DNA of 64,000 bases from Lingula anatina (Eukaryota; Animalia; Brachiopoda), in NCBI GenBank assembly GCA_051362555.1, contig CM120641.1, forward strand, positions 20,584,001 to 20,648,000, read 5' to 3'. The notes below the pieces were generated by a model. That model saw nothing but the letters and a program-made list of their open reading frames with translations. It was not told where the DNA came from and made no database searches. The position numbers were made by a program, and so were the translations under genes. Position 1 is the stretch's first letter; the number at the start of each line of letters is the position of its first letter. Of the stretch, positions 1 to 13,183 are shown piece by piece.

Positions 1-53
1 CAGGAATGCCCACTTGGTTCTCATCACCCTTATTGTTTTCTGTCTGCTCACCT
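1..53 (+). CDS. Penultimate exon (partial) of claudin/PMP22/EMP-like tetraspan membrane protein
   Basis: Reads RNAHLVLITLIVFCLLT then GTAAGT donor at 54; phase 1 matches the acceptor at 614-615. Confidence 0.6.
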
Positions 54-615
54 GTAAGTATACTGTCGGGGTCAGGGTTTTGGCCTCGAAGGAGGGGGTG
101 GGGTGGGGGGCAAGGTTGAAGAAACCTACAGAGACTTAGATAAATAGTGGGCAGGTTTACTGTAGTTTAAAGGGCTTAGAGTTCCTCTTGGTAATTCGTC
201 GTTTATCTTGTAGTTTTGTATTCGCCCCTAAAATGCGCCACTGAAGTGTATGGTTTGACTTGATATATACTGGATAATTGAAAGATAAATGCAGGCCACA
301 TAAAACTTATTTTTATTTATTAATTTTGGTGGTTGTTAAATCGCGCAAAGTGAAAATTACAATTATGTAACTGTGATATTGGCAAAGAAAATGTCTAAAT
401 TAAATGTTTACTAGTGCTTTTTTCTCACTCTCATACTTTGAAATATCGCAGACTGTGTAAAATTGTGAAGGCATCACTCAAAACCCTTATACTTATTACG
501 TTTTTTCTTTAGTTTCATGTTTTCTTTATTGCTATGAAAATCTTTTTTATCTCTTTTACATGGCTTTTTGGTACATTATCATCACTTTATCATATTTTGT
601 ATATTAATTTTCCAG

Positions 616-812
616 CCATTTTCATCCTGTCCGGAGTCATCCTATGGTGGGCCAACACTCCCAACGTGAAAGCAGGCTATTCCGCCATCTTTGCATTTTT
701 GGCAGGAATCTCCATGATGTTCTGTGGTTTTGCCGTCTTTATGGAAACGCGTTTCTTAGAAGAGGAGGCAGAGTCGGCCCACATCCAACAGCAGATGATT
801 CAACGCTACTAA
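616..812 (+). CDS. Terminal exon of claudin/PMP22/EMP-like tetraspan protein (end of TM3, TM4, tail)
   Basis: TTTTCCAG acceptor; (S)IFILSGVILWW...GYSAIFAFLAGISMMFCGFAVF...QRY*; the GYS motif before a hydrophobic TM4 is typical of the claudin/PMP22 clan. Confidence 0.65.
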
Positions 813-3088
813 AATCGTTTTTAAGACCTACTAAGGTTTCTATTTGAATGAAACTTTGGCTATGAAGTATATTAGTTCATTCCTTGTAGCACCCACATTT
901 CTTCGTAATCTTGTTTGAGTCACCCGCTGGTGAATTAGTGAACTGGAATAATGCTGTTTTTTCTTTCGTGGAACTGGAAACCATGCTTCGATTTTCTGCG
1001 GTTGGAAAATGTGGTGTTTCTTGAATGAAAATCTTCAGATAATGGCCAAAAAATAAAACTGACTGCATTTGTAAAATAGACAGAAAAGCAAAAAGACATT
1101 CCCTTGTACAGCTATGTAAATACGTTTGCATTTTTTCTCTTTTGATACGGCAGATCCTAGTGTAGACAATAAAGTGTAGAAAATGATATCTGAATTAAAT
1201 GACATTTTAGCAGAATTTATATATGTGCGTCACCAACGAATGTAGCTTGGATGCCGTATAACGGACTAGCTCTGAGTAACTGAAATGGGTTAGTTGACTA
1301 ATTTGATGACAAGATTTTGTACAGAAAATAAGGAAATAAAAGTTATCAAATAAACAAGTGTTTAGCAATGATTATAATCAAATGTGAACAATAACGGATC
1401 TTCAAACCATGACTTCTTTCAGCAATTCTATCTTTTTCTCAAAATTTTCATGGTCAGCGGGTTCTCCCAAATATATAACCACCGTTAAGTTACTAGCGTA
1501 ACTACCTTGCATTGTGTTAAAGTCGGTATCTCATCACAACTGCTGCAGTTATGATCACACTCGGCAAGTACCTCTGCATTGTGTTAATGGTTGTTATTGT
1601 AATAAATAATTAATTGGTAGATAATTTGTAACTGTCGAGGGCGCGATGCATGAAAAAAATAACATACATGTACATTTATTCGCAGAATCCCTTATTTTCG
1701 ATAGATATGAATAAGAATATATTAAAAGGTATACACATTCCACTTCAAGCGGGAATGTTATCTATTTTTTTAAAAATTCAGTTGGATAGAGTTACTTCAA
1801 TTCTATTCTTTTCCCGGGTGTTTTTTCAAACATTTTTTATTCAGCAAGCTAGTGGGGAAAATTTAAGACGGTACAAGAGACTGACTACACATACATTGAC
1901 AAACAATGAGCCTAGATAGTATCTTTGTTTATTTGTTTCTTTATTTAACGTAGCTTTAAAGTGGTACCCTTAAGCAATATGAATATACTAAGTATGTTGA
2001 GTAAGTGTTGAAGGTGAATACAGATTTAAGACAAGTAAATAATTACTAGAATAATTTGGGGGATATTTTGCTTTGCGTATAACGAAACTTTTAAGACAGG
2101 CTAAATAATAACATTATTTCAAGAGTGGTGCAGCATGTTTTCGAGTCGTAAAAGCTACTTGATATGAATAAAGATATCCAATGCTATAAAAATCCTGCAA
2201 ACTGTCTCATCATCCAAAGAACATTTATAAGTGGTATTACTTAATGTGATCTTTTGAACCCAGTACTTTGATTGCAAAAAGATTATACCCTTATAGTCCT
2301 TGTTTTATCTTTTCTCATCATCGTCTCCTCAAGGAGAAACAGTAGTGCATGTCAAACACATAGCAAATATGACAGTGTTGGTTGACCTGTGAACGATTCT
2401 CAATATAAAATGGTCAAAAAAAAAAAAAAATAAATAAATAAACAGACTTCAATTTGCTGTCAGAACACCGCCGGACCAGGTCTCGACCAAAAAAAAAAAA
2501 AAATAAAATTGAGAATTTGTCGCAATGACCTGGTATCAGAACGGAAGTTACCTAAGATCAAGGTAAATGGAGAACTGGAGAATACCAGACGTGATGAATC
2601 GGCTGCGACAGTTATGATATTTGATAATAATGATCAAAACATTATCCAATATGTATATACTAAAACTCCATTTACCCTTTTATCACATGGTTTTGCATAA
2701 CAAAAAGTACATTACAATATCATCAGCAATTAACACTCTAGCCAATCAATACTGGGTAATTTCCGTTAATTATTGTTATGTAATGTACATTTGGCAACTA
2801 AATACTTCAATAAGCTGATCTATTTACAGTGTTATAGAAAGGTAGAATCTATATATTTACAATACAAAGTTTTCATTGAGTGGAATTTGACGTGGATGTT
2901 GATTCACGTTGTCAAAATACACAAACAAACCCTGGAGAAATGGACTCCTTGGTCCAGTGGAATGAACCCTGCTAATCATTACCAATAAACAAAACAACCT
3001 GCTTAATTTGTCTGTTCTCAAGTGATTTGATGGCTTGTTCGGTTTTCTGTTGACTCAGAGTTGACTTCAAAGAGAATCGTTTATTCAG

Positions 3089-3186
3089 GTGAGGCGATTA
3101 GTCCTTTATTACTTGATACGCTAGAAGGTTGGTGTAATGACATACACGTTTACCGCCCTGTTACTTTTTACGTGAGACTCTTTTAG
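3089..3186 (+). other. Possible 5' UTR intron of TRPV-like copy 1
   Basis: CAG|GTGAGG donor at 3089 and CTTTTAG acceptor ending at 3186, one base before the ATG. Confidence 0.4.
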
Positions 3187-3187
3187 A

Positions 3188-5014
3188 ATGGACTCTTTTA
3201 GAAGACACAACACTATACATTTAGAAATGACTGATAGAAGTGTCCTTAAAGTCAAGTCCTGGGACATTGCGAGTGTATGCAGTATGATAAATATGCAGGA
3301 ATCAGAGAATTGGATGACAGCTATAATGAACGACGATGTGGAAAGAATGCGGAACATTTTAAGCAAGGCAGAACCAGAACAAAGAGAGATTCTGGTGAAC
3401 AGTCCGTTTCTCGGTTTGGGTGAAGTTTCCTACATTGACAAAAATTGTGAAGAATTCACACTCCCCTTATTTCTCTCAGCAGCAACAGGTTCGAAAAACG
3501 CTTTTGAATTTTTGTTGAAAAGCGGCGCAAAATATGATGAAAAGGACCGAGGAAAAAACATCGTCCACGCCTTAGTGTGGTCCGCTAAAATCTGGCCAAA
3601 GAAACGTAGCACTTACAACAAGATTTACAGAAGTTTGGATCAACAGAAATCTCGAGAAGAAATGAGACACTTGCTTTACATGGAAGACAGCTTGGGTCTC
3701 CGTCCGCTGGAACTGGCAGCCATTTTAGGTTCATTGTCCCTTTTACAGCAAGTAATGAATACTGAAACTATTTATATGGTACCCAAGAAGTCATTTGGCC
3801 TTCGGCATGCTGTGTGGTACGATGTCACAGATTACCATGTTGCAAACAAATCACCCGACGCACGACACGACAAAAATCCTCTTTATCTAACCACTTTACT
3901 GAGGTCGAACCATTTGGAAGATCCAGACACCGAGACGTTTTTCAACTCACCGTTCATCAAAACTTGGGCAAACACTGGGATGAAAAATATCCGCGCCATC
4001 GTTGGATTGTCGGGACTCTATCGTCTGTTTTTCACGATCGCGTTTTGGTTTGCAATATTGAGCCTCCGTCCTAATATAATTATGCCGTCAAAATTCCTAC
4101 AGAATTCAACTGCCGCTGGAGCACTTTGTGATGTTTCTGAATTGGGCAGTATTGCTTCTTTTCATAGGCATATCGGATTGTATGTTTTGGTATTTGTCAT
4201 GGTAACGAGCGTCATAGTTCTAGTTTCAGAGGCAGTGAATGGTGGGATTTATTTGTATAAAAGAAATCGACCCAAAAATAAGTACATGAAGGTTCTCATG
4301 GAAGGAAAACGAGACTATATCGTATCGTTTAACATTTACAGAGGAGCAAATATTTTACGTGCTCTGTTTTTGGCAACATCAGTATTGTTGATTTTGATAA
4401 CTCCTAATGCCAATGCAACATTGAAAGCAGTTTATGACTTTTTTACATACACATTGACAAGACTGGCTTGTCTCTTGAACGTATGGTATATCTTGTATCT
4501 TATGCAGCTTCTTCCCAAAATAGGATATTTTGTAACAGTACTTCAGCATATGGTGAGAGATTTTGCAAAGTTTGCTTTATTGTATTCTCTCTTCCTTGCG
4601 TCTTTCTTTGTCATGTTTTATTCTTTCGTTGACGAAGAAGCATGCCCAGGACAAGATTTTGCTAACGTGGCGTGGACTCTTTATTCGACGTTCAAAGTCA
4701 TGCTTAACATGGTAGACGTCACACAGGGAGTAGAGCCGTTCTCTGCCAAATCGCACGCCATCATGATTCAGCATTTTGTGTACGTAATCGTTGTTTCCAT
4801 ACTGATGTTGAATTTTTTGATCGGTATCATTTCTAATTCGGTTTCTCGGCTTCATGAACATAGAAAGGTACTGAAAGCTATGCAGAGAATACACGTTTTG
4901 GTTGACATGGGGACTATGAAATACTTCCCATGTCTGAGAGATTTTATGCTGAAAAATTTTATACAAGAAAATGGTAGAATTTATCTCCCTGTTTGGTTTA
5001 ACAGGCATGACTAA
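3188..5014 (+). CDS. TRPV-like (ankyrin repeat, 6TM) cation channel, copy 1, single coding exon, 608 aa
   Basis: Ankyrin motifs (LPLFLSAATGS, GKNIVHALV, GLRPLELAAILG), YDVT linker, six hydrophobic segments, IGYFVTVLQHMVRDFAKF S4-S5 linker, pore helix TLYSTFKVMLNM, S6 ILMLNFLIGIISNS. Confidence 0.9.
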   Translation: MDSFRRHNTIHLEMTDRSVLKVKSWDIASVCSMINMQESENWMTAIMNDDVERMRNILSKAEPEQREILVNSPFLGLGEVSYIDKNCEEFTLPLFLSAATGSKNAFEFLLKSGAKYDEKDRGKNIVHALVWSAKIWPKKRSTYNKIYRSLDQQKSREEMRHLLYMEDSLGLRPLELAAILGSLSLLQQVMNTETIYMVPKKSFGLRHAVWYDVTDYHVANKSPDARHDKNPLYLTTLLRSNHLEDPDTETFFNSPFIKTWANTGMKNIRAIVGLSGLYRLFFTIAFWFAILSLRPNIIMPSKFLQNSTAAGALCDVSELGSIASFHRHIGLYVLVFVMVTSVIVLVSEAVNGGIYLYKRNRPKNKYMKVLMEGKRDYIVSFNIYRGANILRALFLATSVLLILITPNANATLKAVYDFFTYTLTRLACLLNVWYILYLMQLLPKIGYFVTVLQHMVRDFAKFALLYSLFLASFFVMFYSFVDEEACPGQDFANVAWTLYSTFKVMLNMVDVTQGVEPFSAKSHAIMIQHFVYVIVVSILMLNFLIGIISNSVSRLHEHRKVLKAMQRIHVLVDMGTMKYFPCLRDFMLKNFIQENGRIYLPVWFNRHD

Positions 5015-5024
5015 GAAAACTTAG

Positions 5025-5053
5025 TGATTGATTGATTGATTGATTGATTGATT
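5025..5053. repeat. (GATT)n microsatellite
   Basis: Direct reading. Confidence 0.9.
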
Positions 5054-5082
5054 AGCATTTTATTTCCCAAATATACCTTAAG

Positions 5083-5365
5083 CAGTGGCGGATTTAGGGT
5101 GTGTGTGTCAGGGGGATCCTGATCCCCCCTTCGATTTCTGAAATCAATCAAAAAAATCGTCCCCTCTTGAAATTAGAATTTTCACCAGCTGAATCATAGT
5201 TCTATACCGTACCAAATTGCACCGTTCGCCCTCTTCAGTACCAAAATTATTCGCAGCCCATCACCGGGCCCCAAACCCCACGCCAATTGGGGGGGGGGGG
5301 GGGGGAGGGGGGGGGTCGGCTTCGCATTTGCGGACCCTTTTCAAATAATCCTATATCCGCCTCTG
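5083..5365. mobile_element. Non-autonomous TIR element (MITE) with 6-bp TSD
   Basis: TIRs CAGTGGCGGATTTAGG ... CCTATATCCGCCTCTG, flanked by CTTAAG on both sides (5077-5082, 5366-5371). Confidence 0.8.
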
Positions 5366-7415
5366 CTTAAGACTAATAATATAAAACGTTAGCAAAAATA
5401 ATTGTAACAACTGAACAGAAACCAAGTATTGGTCCAGAAAATATGTTTTTTGAAGACATCGATATAATATTGCATGGATGAAAGCGGTGAGTTTGACATC
5501 TGGCATATTTTAGATGAAAAGGGTTGATAATAAGGCATGATCAATCTGTGTTTTGCTGGAGTTGTTTGAACCAGTGAATAAAATTCATGACCTTTACCCA
5601 GAAGGTTTCTGGCAAAACTGGTTAGTCAAGAAGGTTAAAACAGTAATAACATTTGAATGATCAATTCATAACATTTTTCAACATTCTAACAATCACAAAG
5701 GAAGTCAGACTTCGACGCTTGAATAATCAAAAGTCTGAAGATGAAAACAAAGTATGTAAGATTATATACTGGAATAAGAAAGGCAAAATCAATATGAACA
5801 TTATAGAAATAAGCAAACAAGAATGACCTTTAGATTAAGTTCATTTGATTAAGATTAAGTTCATTTTTATGCATTGACGTTGTATGACCGACGCCCAATA
5901 TTCCATGCGTCCATTCATTGCGTTTTTGTCCATCATTCATCGCAACTACTGCAATAGGGATCACATGCGACAAAAGTTGTAAGAATTAACGTTAAATCAA
6001 AATCTAGATTTCACGCGATTTGGTAGAGGGTGGGACCAGAATTATTGGCAGACAAACGAGTGCGTGACGCTGTGTGAAAACGTGAATCCGCGTGAAGTAG
6101 GGTTAACTAGTTAGCAATAAGGCTGAAACTCTATGCGCGGGAATGTCGACTTATAAGGCAATGCAAATGTGAATATGGTGAATCCGCGATGTTGCGGAAT
6201 AAACTGTTACTCGACAGGACAGGAGAGAAAACAACCTGAAAATAACCGGAGATAAATTCGTCAGCTTTTAATTGCCCCTGCAGCTCACTGCCACTGTTTC
6301 TAACAATACTCTCCTGTAAATCCCCAATTTTTTCGGAGACTTTAGGCAATCTCGGCGATTCCAATTAAAGCCTTTGCTTTTATGTTTCATATAAATATGA
6401 ATTGACACCCATTCACCGATAGCCGTGTCACTTAACGTCACACTGAAAGGTTTTATCTCTTCTTAAAACAAAGAGAGAAAATAAATCAACGAGTATCACT
6501 CCTTCCAATTTGTTTACAGAATAATCTTATTGACCAAGTCTTCATCATCCTTTCAGCTTATATTAGTGTAATAAAACAGATGGCTGAGATGACAAATCTG
6601 GTAATTCAGATTAATTTCCACCCTCCTCTTTCCCACGATATTTTTGAAAACACCATTATTCTATGTACTCATTTCGTAGATCACATTCATTAAATTGTTT
6701 TTATACAATTAAATCTCAACTGATGGGTTTTCCAAATGAAAATGAATTGTCTCAGCAGATTATCATTTTCATTTCCGATAACATACTCTATACAAATAAA
6801 GCAATTAGAACTGTCAGCTTACAGGTTGTATTTATTATTCCATTGGCAATATGTTTGCAAGTACTTGAATTCCATCAACCTTTTCAAGGCAGCATTTCAA
6901 ATAAATGTAATGTACACTGCAATCCGATCAATATTGATCAATTCCATTACACACCCGTCCATTAGTGCTATGAAATTTTAAGTTAATAGCTTCCAAGGTA
7001 CTGGTATTTAGAAGAGCGATCGGTCTACCTCGCTTCATCAGCTGACAGGATCGCGGAGTGACCCATTTTCAGAACCTAATAGTCCATTTTCACATCGAGC
7101 GGTATACTTAACGACTCATTTTGTAACGAAGCATTTTAAAAAGTCAAATATGTAATGACGATACGGGAGTTTGCTCCCTTCCCAAAATCTCCCATCAGTC
7201 GGTTTCTGTTTAGTTAATCAATGGGCCATGCGAACGACTAGATTCTGTTCCTTGACAATCTCACGTAATAGCCTGGTTGTTTTGAAAGTTGTCTCTGAGA
7301 GTGTATCCGTATGGACTGTACTGTATTTTAACACAGTTAATTAATTGAAATTAAGTCTACCGCTCGATGTGAAAAATTCACGTTTCTTATCAGCTCGTAT
7401 CGGTTGTTACGGTTA

Positions 7416-7525
<110 letters not shown>

Positions 7526-8333
7526 GTCACAGGTTTGAAATTCGGGCTTAAGCATATTTACATTTCAGTCCCATTATGCATGTCAATTTCTTTCTTTTCA
7601 AACTTAAATACGCACGCGGTTACTCTGAAACTCAGGCTAAGAGCGCCGTTGTTCCCATTGTATTATGACAATATCAATCCGGTCGTCTAGTGGGGTAAGT
7701 TAACTTTGATTTTCGGTCTGAAGTAGTCCATGTTTGGACAAACCTATGTAAATTATGGACTGGAATATGTTTGCCAAATAAACTGTTTTAATTTCGGCCG
7801 GCTAATTGGCGTTTTACATGGATCTCAGCAGGTAAATTGAAACTTTCGATTTTAATTAATTAATTGCAAGTACATCAGTTAGCTGATCGATTGGCACTGT
7901 TAGAAGTTTGTTAATGTTGACGGTGGCCTTAAAAGCTATTTAGCATAAGTTAAGATGCGGCGTTTTCATTGGATGGATGGATTTTGACGTGAAACGTTCA
8001 CTCCAGTAGTCAAAATACATACACAAACTACGGTTGATATAAAATCCTTGGTCCAATGAAATGAATGTTTGTAACCAAGACTGAAGAAGTCTCACGCGGA
8101 ACTGCCTGCTCTTTTCATCTGACCTGATGCTCGAAGGAAAACTTGAAGACTTGTACATTTTTTGGAGATTTCAATTTGACTTCAAAGAGAAACGTTATTT
8201 AAGTGAATACTGTATTTCACAACTTGTAATGATATTGATAATTAGCAGAGGATATTTGTAAATATTTGATAGGACGAGCGGACGGAGTAGTGAATTACAC
8301 GCAACCATTTTTACACCTGTCTACTTCTTATGT

Positions 8334-10172
8334 ATGATAAGTAAAATGTGGTCTGAAAAAAGACAGAACGCTATACATTCGGAAATTTCTCAAAACAATG
8401 CCATTAAACCCAAGCCTTTTGATATTGTTAGTGCTTGTAGCACGATAGATATGAAGGAATCGGAGAATTGGATGACAGCTTTAATGGACGACGATGTGGA
8501 AAGAATGCAGAGCATTTTTAACAAGGCAGAACCAGAACAAAGGGGTGTTCTTGTTAACAGTCCGTTTCCCTGTTTTGGTGAGGTTTCCTACATAGACAGA
8601 GATTGTGAGGAATTCACCCTTCCTTTGTTTCTCTCAGCTGCTAAAGGTTCGAAAAATGCTTTTGAATTTTTGTTGCAAAGCGGCGCAAAATGTGATGAAA
8701 AGGACCGAGGAAAAAACATCGTCCACGCTTTAGTGTGGTCCGCTAAAATCTGGCCAAAGAAACGTAGCACTTACAACGAGATTTACAGAAGTTTGGATCA
8801 ACAGAAATCTCGAGAAGAAATGAGGCACTTGCTTTACATGGAAGACAGCTTGGGTCTCCGTCCGCTGGAACTGGCAGCCATTTTAGGTTCGTTGTCCCTC
8901 TTCCAGCAAATAATGAATACTGAAACTATTTATATGGTACCAAAGAAGTCACTTGGCCTTCGGCATACTGTTTGGTACGACGTCACAGATTACCATGTTG
9001 CAAACAAATCAACCGACGCACGACACGACAAAAATCCTCTTTACCTAACTACTTTACTGAGGTCGAACCATTTGGAAGATCCAGACACCGAGACGTTTTT
9101 CAACTCACAGTTCATCAAAACTTGGGCAAACATTGGGATGAAAAATATCCGCGTAGTCATCGGACTGTCGGGACTTTATCGGCTGATTTATATAATCGCT
9201 TTTTGGTTCACAATCTTGAGCCTCCGTCCTAATATTATAATGCCGTCAAAATTGCTTCAGAATTCAAGCGTAGCGTTGACACTTTGCCAGGATTCTGAAT
9301 TAAACGCAATTGCTTCTTTTCATAGGCATATTGGACTGTATGTGTTGGTATTTGTCATGGTAACGAGCGTCATTGTTCTAGTTTCAGAGGCAGTGAATGG
9401 TGGGATTTATCTGTATAAAAGAAACCTGCCCAGAAATAGGTACATGAAGGTTCTCATGAAAGGAAAACACGACTACATCGTGTCGTTTTATATTTATAGA
9501 GGAGCAAATGGTTTACAAGCCTTGTTTCTAGTGGTTTCATTACCGTTGATTTTGCTAGCCCCAAATGCTGATTCAGCATTGAGAGAAATTATCGACTTTT
9601 TGACATACACATTAACAAGGTTCTCCTGTCTGCTGAATATATGGTATATCTTGTATCTTATGCAGCTTCTTTCCAAAATAGGATATTTTGTAACAGTGTT
9701 TCAGCATATGATCACAGATTTCCTAAAATTTGGTTCATTGTTTTCTCTTGTCATAGCTTCTTTTTTCATAATATTTTACTCTTTCGTTGACGAAGAATCA
9801 TGCCCAGGTCAAGATTTTGCTAACGTGGCGTGGACTTTCTATTCGACTTTCAAAGTCATGCTTAACATGGTAGACGTCACACAGGGAGTAGAACCGTTCT
9901 CTGCTAAAACGTACGCCATCATGATTCAGCATTTTGTGTACGTAATCGTTGTTGCTATTCTGATGCTGAATTTTTTGATCGGAATCATTTCTAATTCAGT
10001 TTCTCAACTTCACGAGCATAGGAAGATACTGAAAGCTATGCAGAGAATACACGTACTGGTCGACATGGGGAATATGAGTGTCTTTCCATGCGCTGCGGGC
10101 TTTATGTCGAAAAATTTCAATCAAGAGAATGGTAGAATTTATCTCCCCGTATCGTTTAACCGGGAGGACTAA
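8334..10172 (+). CDS. TRPV-like cation channel, copy 2 (tandem paralogue), single coding exon; likely start at Met5 (8346)
   Basis: Colinear with copy 1 over the whole length; MWSEKRQNAIH aligns with MDSFRRHNTIH; same ankyrin, pore and S6 motifs. Confidence 0.9.
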   Translation: MISKMWSEKRQNAIHSEISQNNAIKPKPFDIVSACSTIDMKESENWMTALMDDDVERMQSIFNKAEPEQRGVLVNSPFPCFGEVSYIDRDCEEFTLPLFLSAAKGSKNAFEFLLQSGAKCDEKDRGKNIVHALVWSAKIWPKKRSTYNEIYRSLDQQKSREEMRHLLYMEDSLGLRPLELAAILGSLSLFQQIMNTETIYMVPKKSLGLRHTVWYDVTDYHVANKSTDARHDKNPLYLTTLLRSNHLEDPDTETFFNSQFIKTWANIGMKNIRVVIGLSGLYRLIYIIAFWFTILSLRPNIIMPSKLLQNSSVALTLCQDSELNAIASFHRHIGLYVLVFVMVTSVIVLVSEAVNGGIYLYKRNLPRNRYMKVLMKGKHDYIVSFYIYRGANGLQALFLVVSLPLILLAPNADSALREIIDFLTYTLTRFSCLLNIWYILYLMQLLSKIGYFVTVFQHMITDFLKFGSLFSLVIASFFIIFYSFVDEESCPGQDFANVAWTFYSTFKVMLNMVDVTQGVEPFSAKTYAIMIQHFVYVIVVAILMLNFLIGIISNSVSQLHEHRKILKAMQRIHVLVDMGNMSVFPCAAGFMSKNFNQENGRIYLPVSFNRED

Positions 10173-13100
10173 TTGAACTACACCATGAATTGCTAACCGT
10201 TGTATTTTGACTCTTGATAAGACAAACTCAATTATTGTTATAGTATTATCTGTGTCGTTTAATGCTAAATTTCCCCAAATGTGACTTTCGGAATTAAACA
10301 AATATGATTTTAAAAAGGTCACTTAAATAGGATTCATGCTTCTCTCCTTAAAAAGTTGGTTACTCCTTAAAAGGGTAACCAACTGTTTGTACTTATCCAA
10401 AACGACATTTTCAAATGTCGAAAAATGCGCAATGTGCGATAAAACGAGGGTGACTTCTGAGAGTGATATTTTGAAAAGAATGAAAAGCAAGGCAACAGAA
10501 TGACTAACGGCCATAAACTACATGTACATTCGCCGAGCAAATAGGTATGCCATTAATTTTTCAGATATTTTATAAGTCAGACCAAAGGATTCGGTCGATC
10601 TATTCAGTTGTTTTAATTAGCTTTCGCCTTTTGGTATTCATTAGAGTTCATGAAGTTGAGCATCTGACATGAGCTTTTAAGTGTATTTGTGTATAGGCCT
10701 AATTGCATGTTGAATACAGATTTATCAAGTATTGTCTTTTCATTTGAGCGCATTATTGGACCACATTTTATAATTTTTTTTTTTTTTTTTTTTTTTTTGC
10801 ATAAATGAGTCTTTTTTTAATCTTTTCGCCTTATTTGAGCTCTTTATATCACATTTTTTGTACTTATATTTTAGTTTAAGACTGTGACAGTTATGTTAGC
10901 CGCAATATATTATCAAAAGGAAAAAAATCAATTGTTGTTGAAAGGGAAAACGTCATGGATTATACATTTTACACTACAGCTAAACATGCTTTAAACAGTA
11001 GAAAACGGAACTGTATGATACCTGTTTAAGTTTTTAATTTAAAGAAGTTGTCATTGCACTATACATTTCATTCTTTGTCTATATTTGTAACGATTGTTTA
11101 ATTTAGTAATAAAAGAAATAGATTAGAATGAAAAATCTTCAAGCTCATTTTATTGATAATCATATAGAAAGAGAGGGAACCTTTATAGGCTCATAATTTA
11201 ATATCAGTAAGCATTCGATAGTAAGCACAAGCTATTATAAAACTAGTTATAATGCAAGAAGGGTCAAATTTAAGAATACGTATGCCTGTTGCATATTTAT
11301 AATTAATTTGACTGCGTCTCAAAAAAAAAAATAAATAAAATAAATAAATAAATAGACGTTATGCTTCATAGATTCGTTCATCGGTTTAGTAAAGGCTGCA
11401 CTGTCATAAGTTAATGAGAGGAGTCTACCACTCTTTCAGGTCCAATTAATTAATCTTCCGCGTGGTCCATTACTCAACAACTTCAATTTCTGCTCCAAAA
11501 TGCATTAACCAGGAGGAAGAAAATCGATTTCCAAACATAATGAATATAAATATGTCTCCAAATTAATACCAGGTAGCAAAAGCCTAAATAAATATTTGTC
11601 ATTTGTTGTTGAAAGTTGAAATAACCGTCTTTCATGATCATGGGAGTTTGAGGGCACTTTCAACTTAATACATTTGTCTTTCCTGTCGGATTAACAATTC
11701 GACCATCTTAGGTAACATTTGTTACAGTTTTTGACCCTGGGATTTTACTGTCTCTGTAAAATGCCCATTACCATTCCCATTCCATTCCATTTCCATGTGG
11801 AAATGAAGGCTATCCGTCGACAGATTGTTATATGTTAAGAGTATTTAATAGCAGTAAAGTCCATACGATATTTATGACAGTTGAGCTGAAGACTAATATC
11901 GGCTAGAGGTGCTCCTAAACATTCATCATTTACATAGAATTCGCATATTTGGGGCACTTTTTCGCAGAATTAAAAGGCCATTGTCACATTCGGTGCATTT
12001 TGTCGAAATAGTGATACTATGAAAAAATGATTAAATGCCATTTAACTATAGCTATTGAGTTCAGTGATTTGATATCATCGAAATTGTATTGTGAGGTTAC
12101 AGTTATACAATTTTCATTGCACATTTGATTGGAACAGAAGTCTTATATTTAATATCCTTGCCTATCAAATATTCCAACGAAAGTGATTTTTTGTATTGTT
12201 TGCAATATATGTATTAAACCTTTGGCATTAAATACCATCATATTTGGACCACACGAGTAAAATGTTTCTCCGCGTAGCACCAGCGGTGATCGCTTCGAGC
12301 AGAGTGACAGTGACAAAGAATGAGATTGATTCTTCACTCGATGTTCACAGATGTGTCTTTGGCTCATTCAATACACAAATCTCTACTCGGGCTACGGAAA
12401 GGGGCACATAATCAGTTATCCACGGTAGAGGGTGTGATTGCCGTATTTCTTAAAGTATCACACCTAAATTTTTAAAACGATTTCTTTATGTATGGTTCTA
12501 CTGTACTAGATCGACTGGTAAAACATAAAGTTTGAAAATTGGACTTTGTAAAAGTGAGATATTTACATTTTTATATTAAACAAAATTATCGAGCACTATT
12601 TAATCATAAGATTATCTGTAACATTGGGGAACAGATCACTTGTATTCCACACCACGGTTTGATCTTTAACATGAGGCACAAAAGGCAATGTTTATAAAAC
12701 AGTTAACCAATTTTGATCGAACACGGTTTGGTTTGGAAATTAACTGAAACTATTCATCATATTATAAATAAAACAACTGTATGTATACGAGGGTACAAAC
12801 GATGAAATTTATTGCTGTGAGTGAAACTTGAAAAATATGTACACAAATGACAATGGAAGTTTTTTTTACAGACTAACAATTACAAACACTTACAAGAACT
12901 TAATTTTTGGCAACATGGAGTGGAGTCTTAAAATGTAAAACGTTCATAAGGACAAACTTTACATTATTGCCATCGTTATTGCCAACTTACTTTAAGAGAA
13001 GCTTCGCAAAGACACTGCATAAATCAATTATCAGCTATCATCAACGACAGAAAATATGGCATTTTGTGACTTTCTTATAGCCGGATTATCGGCTACGGCA

Positions 13101-13183
13101 TGCTATGTACATCTGGTGGTGAACCAGGTTATATACACTATTTACAGTTATAAAAAGTTTAATGTCTCTGGTATTAAAAATGA

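Noticed and set aside
3430-5008. Overlapping ORFs within the TRPV genes, some also conserved in copy 2
   Set aside because: Conservation is explained by near-identity of the host CDS.
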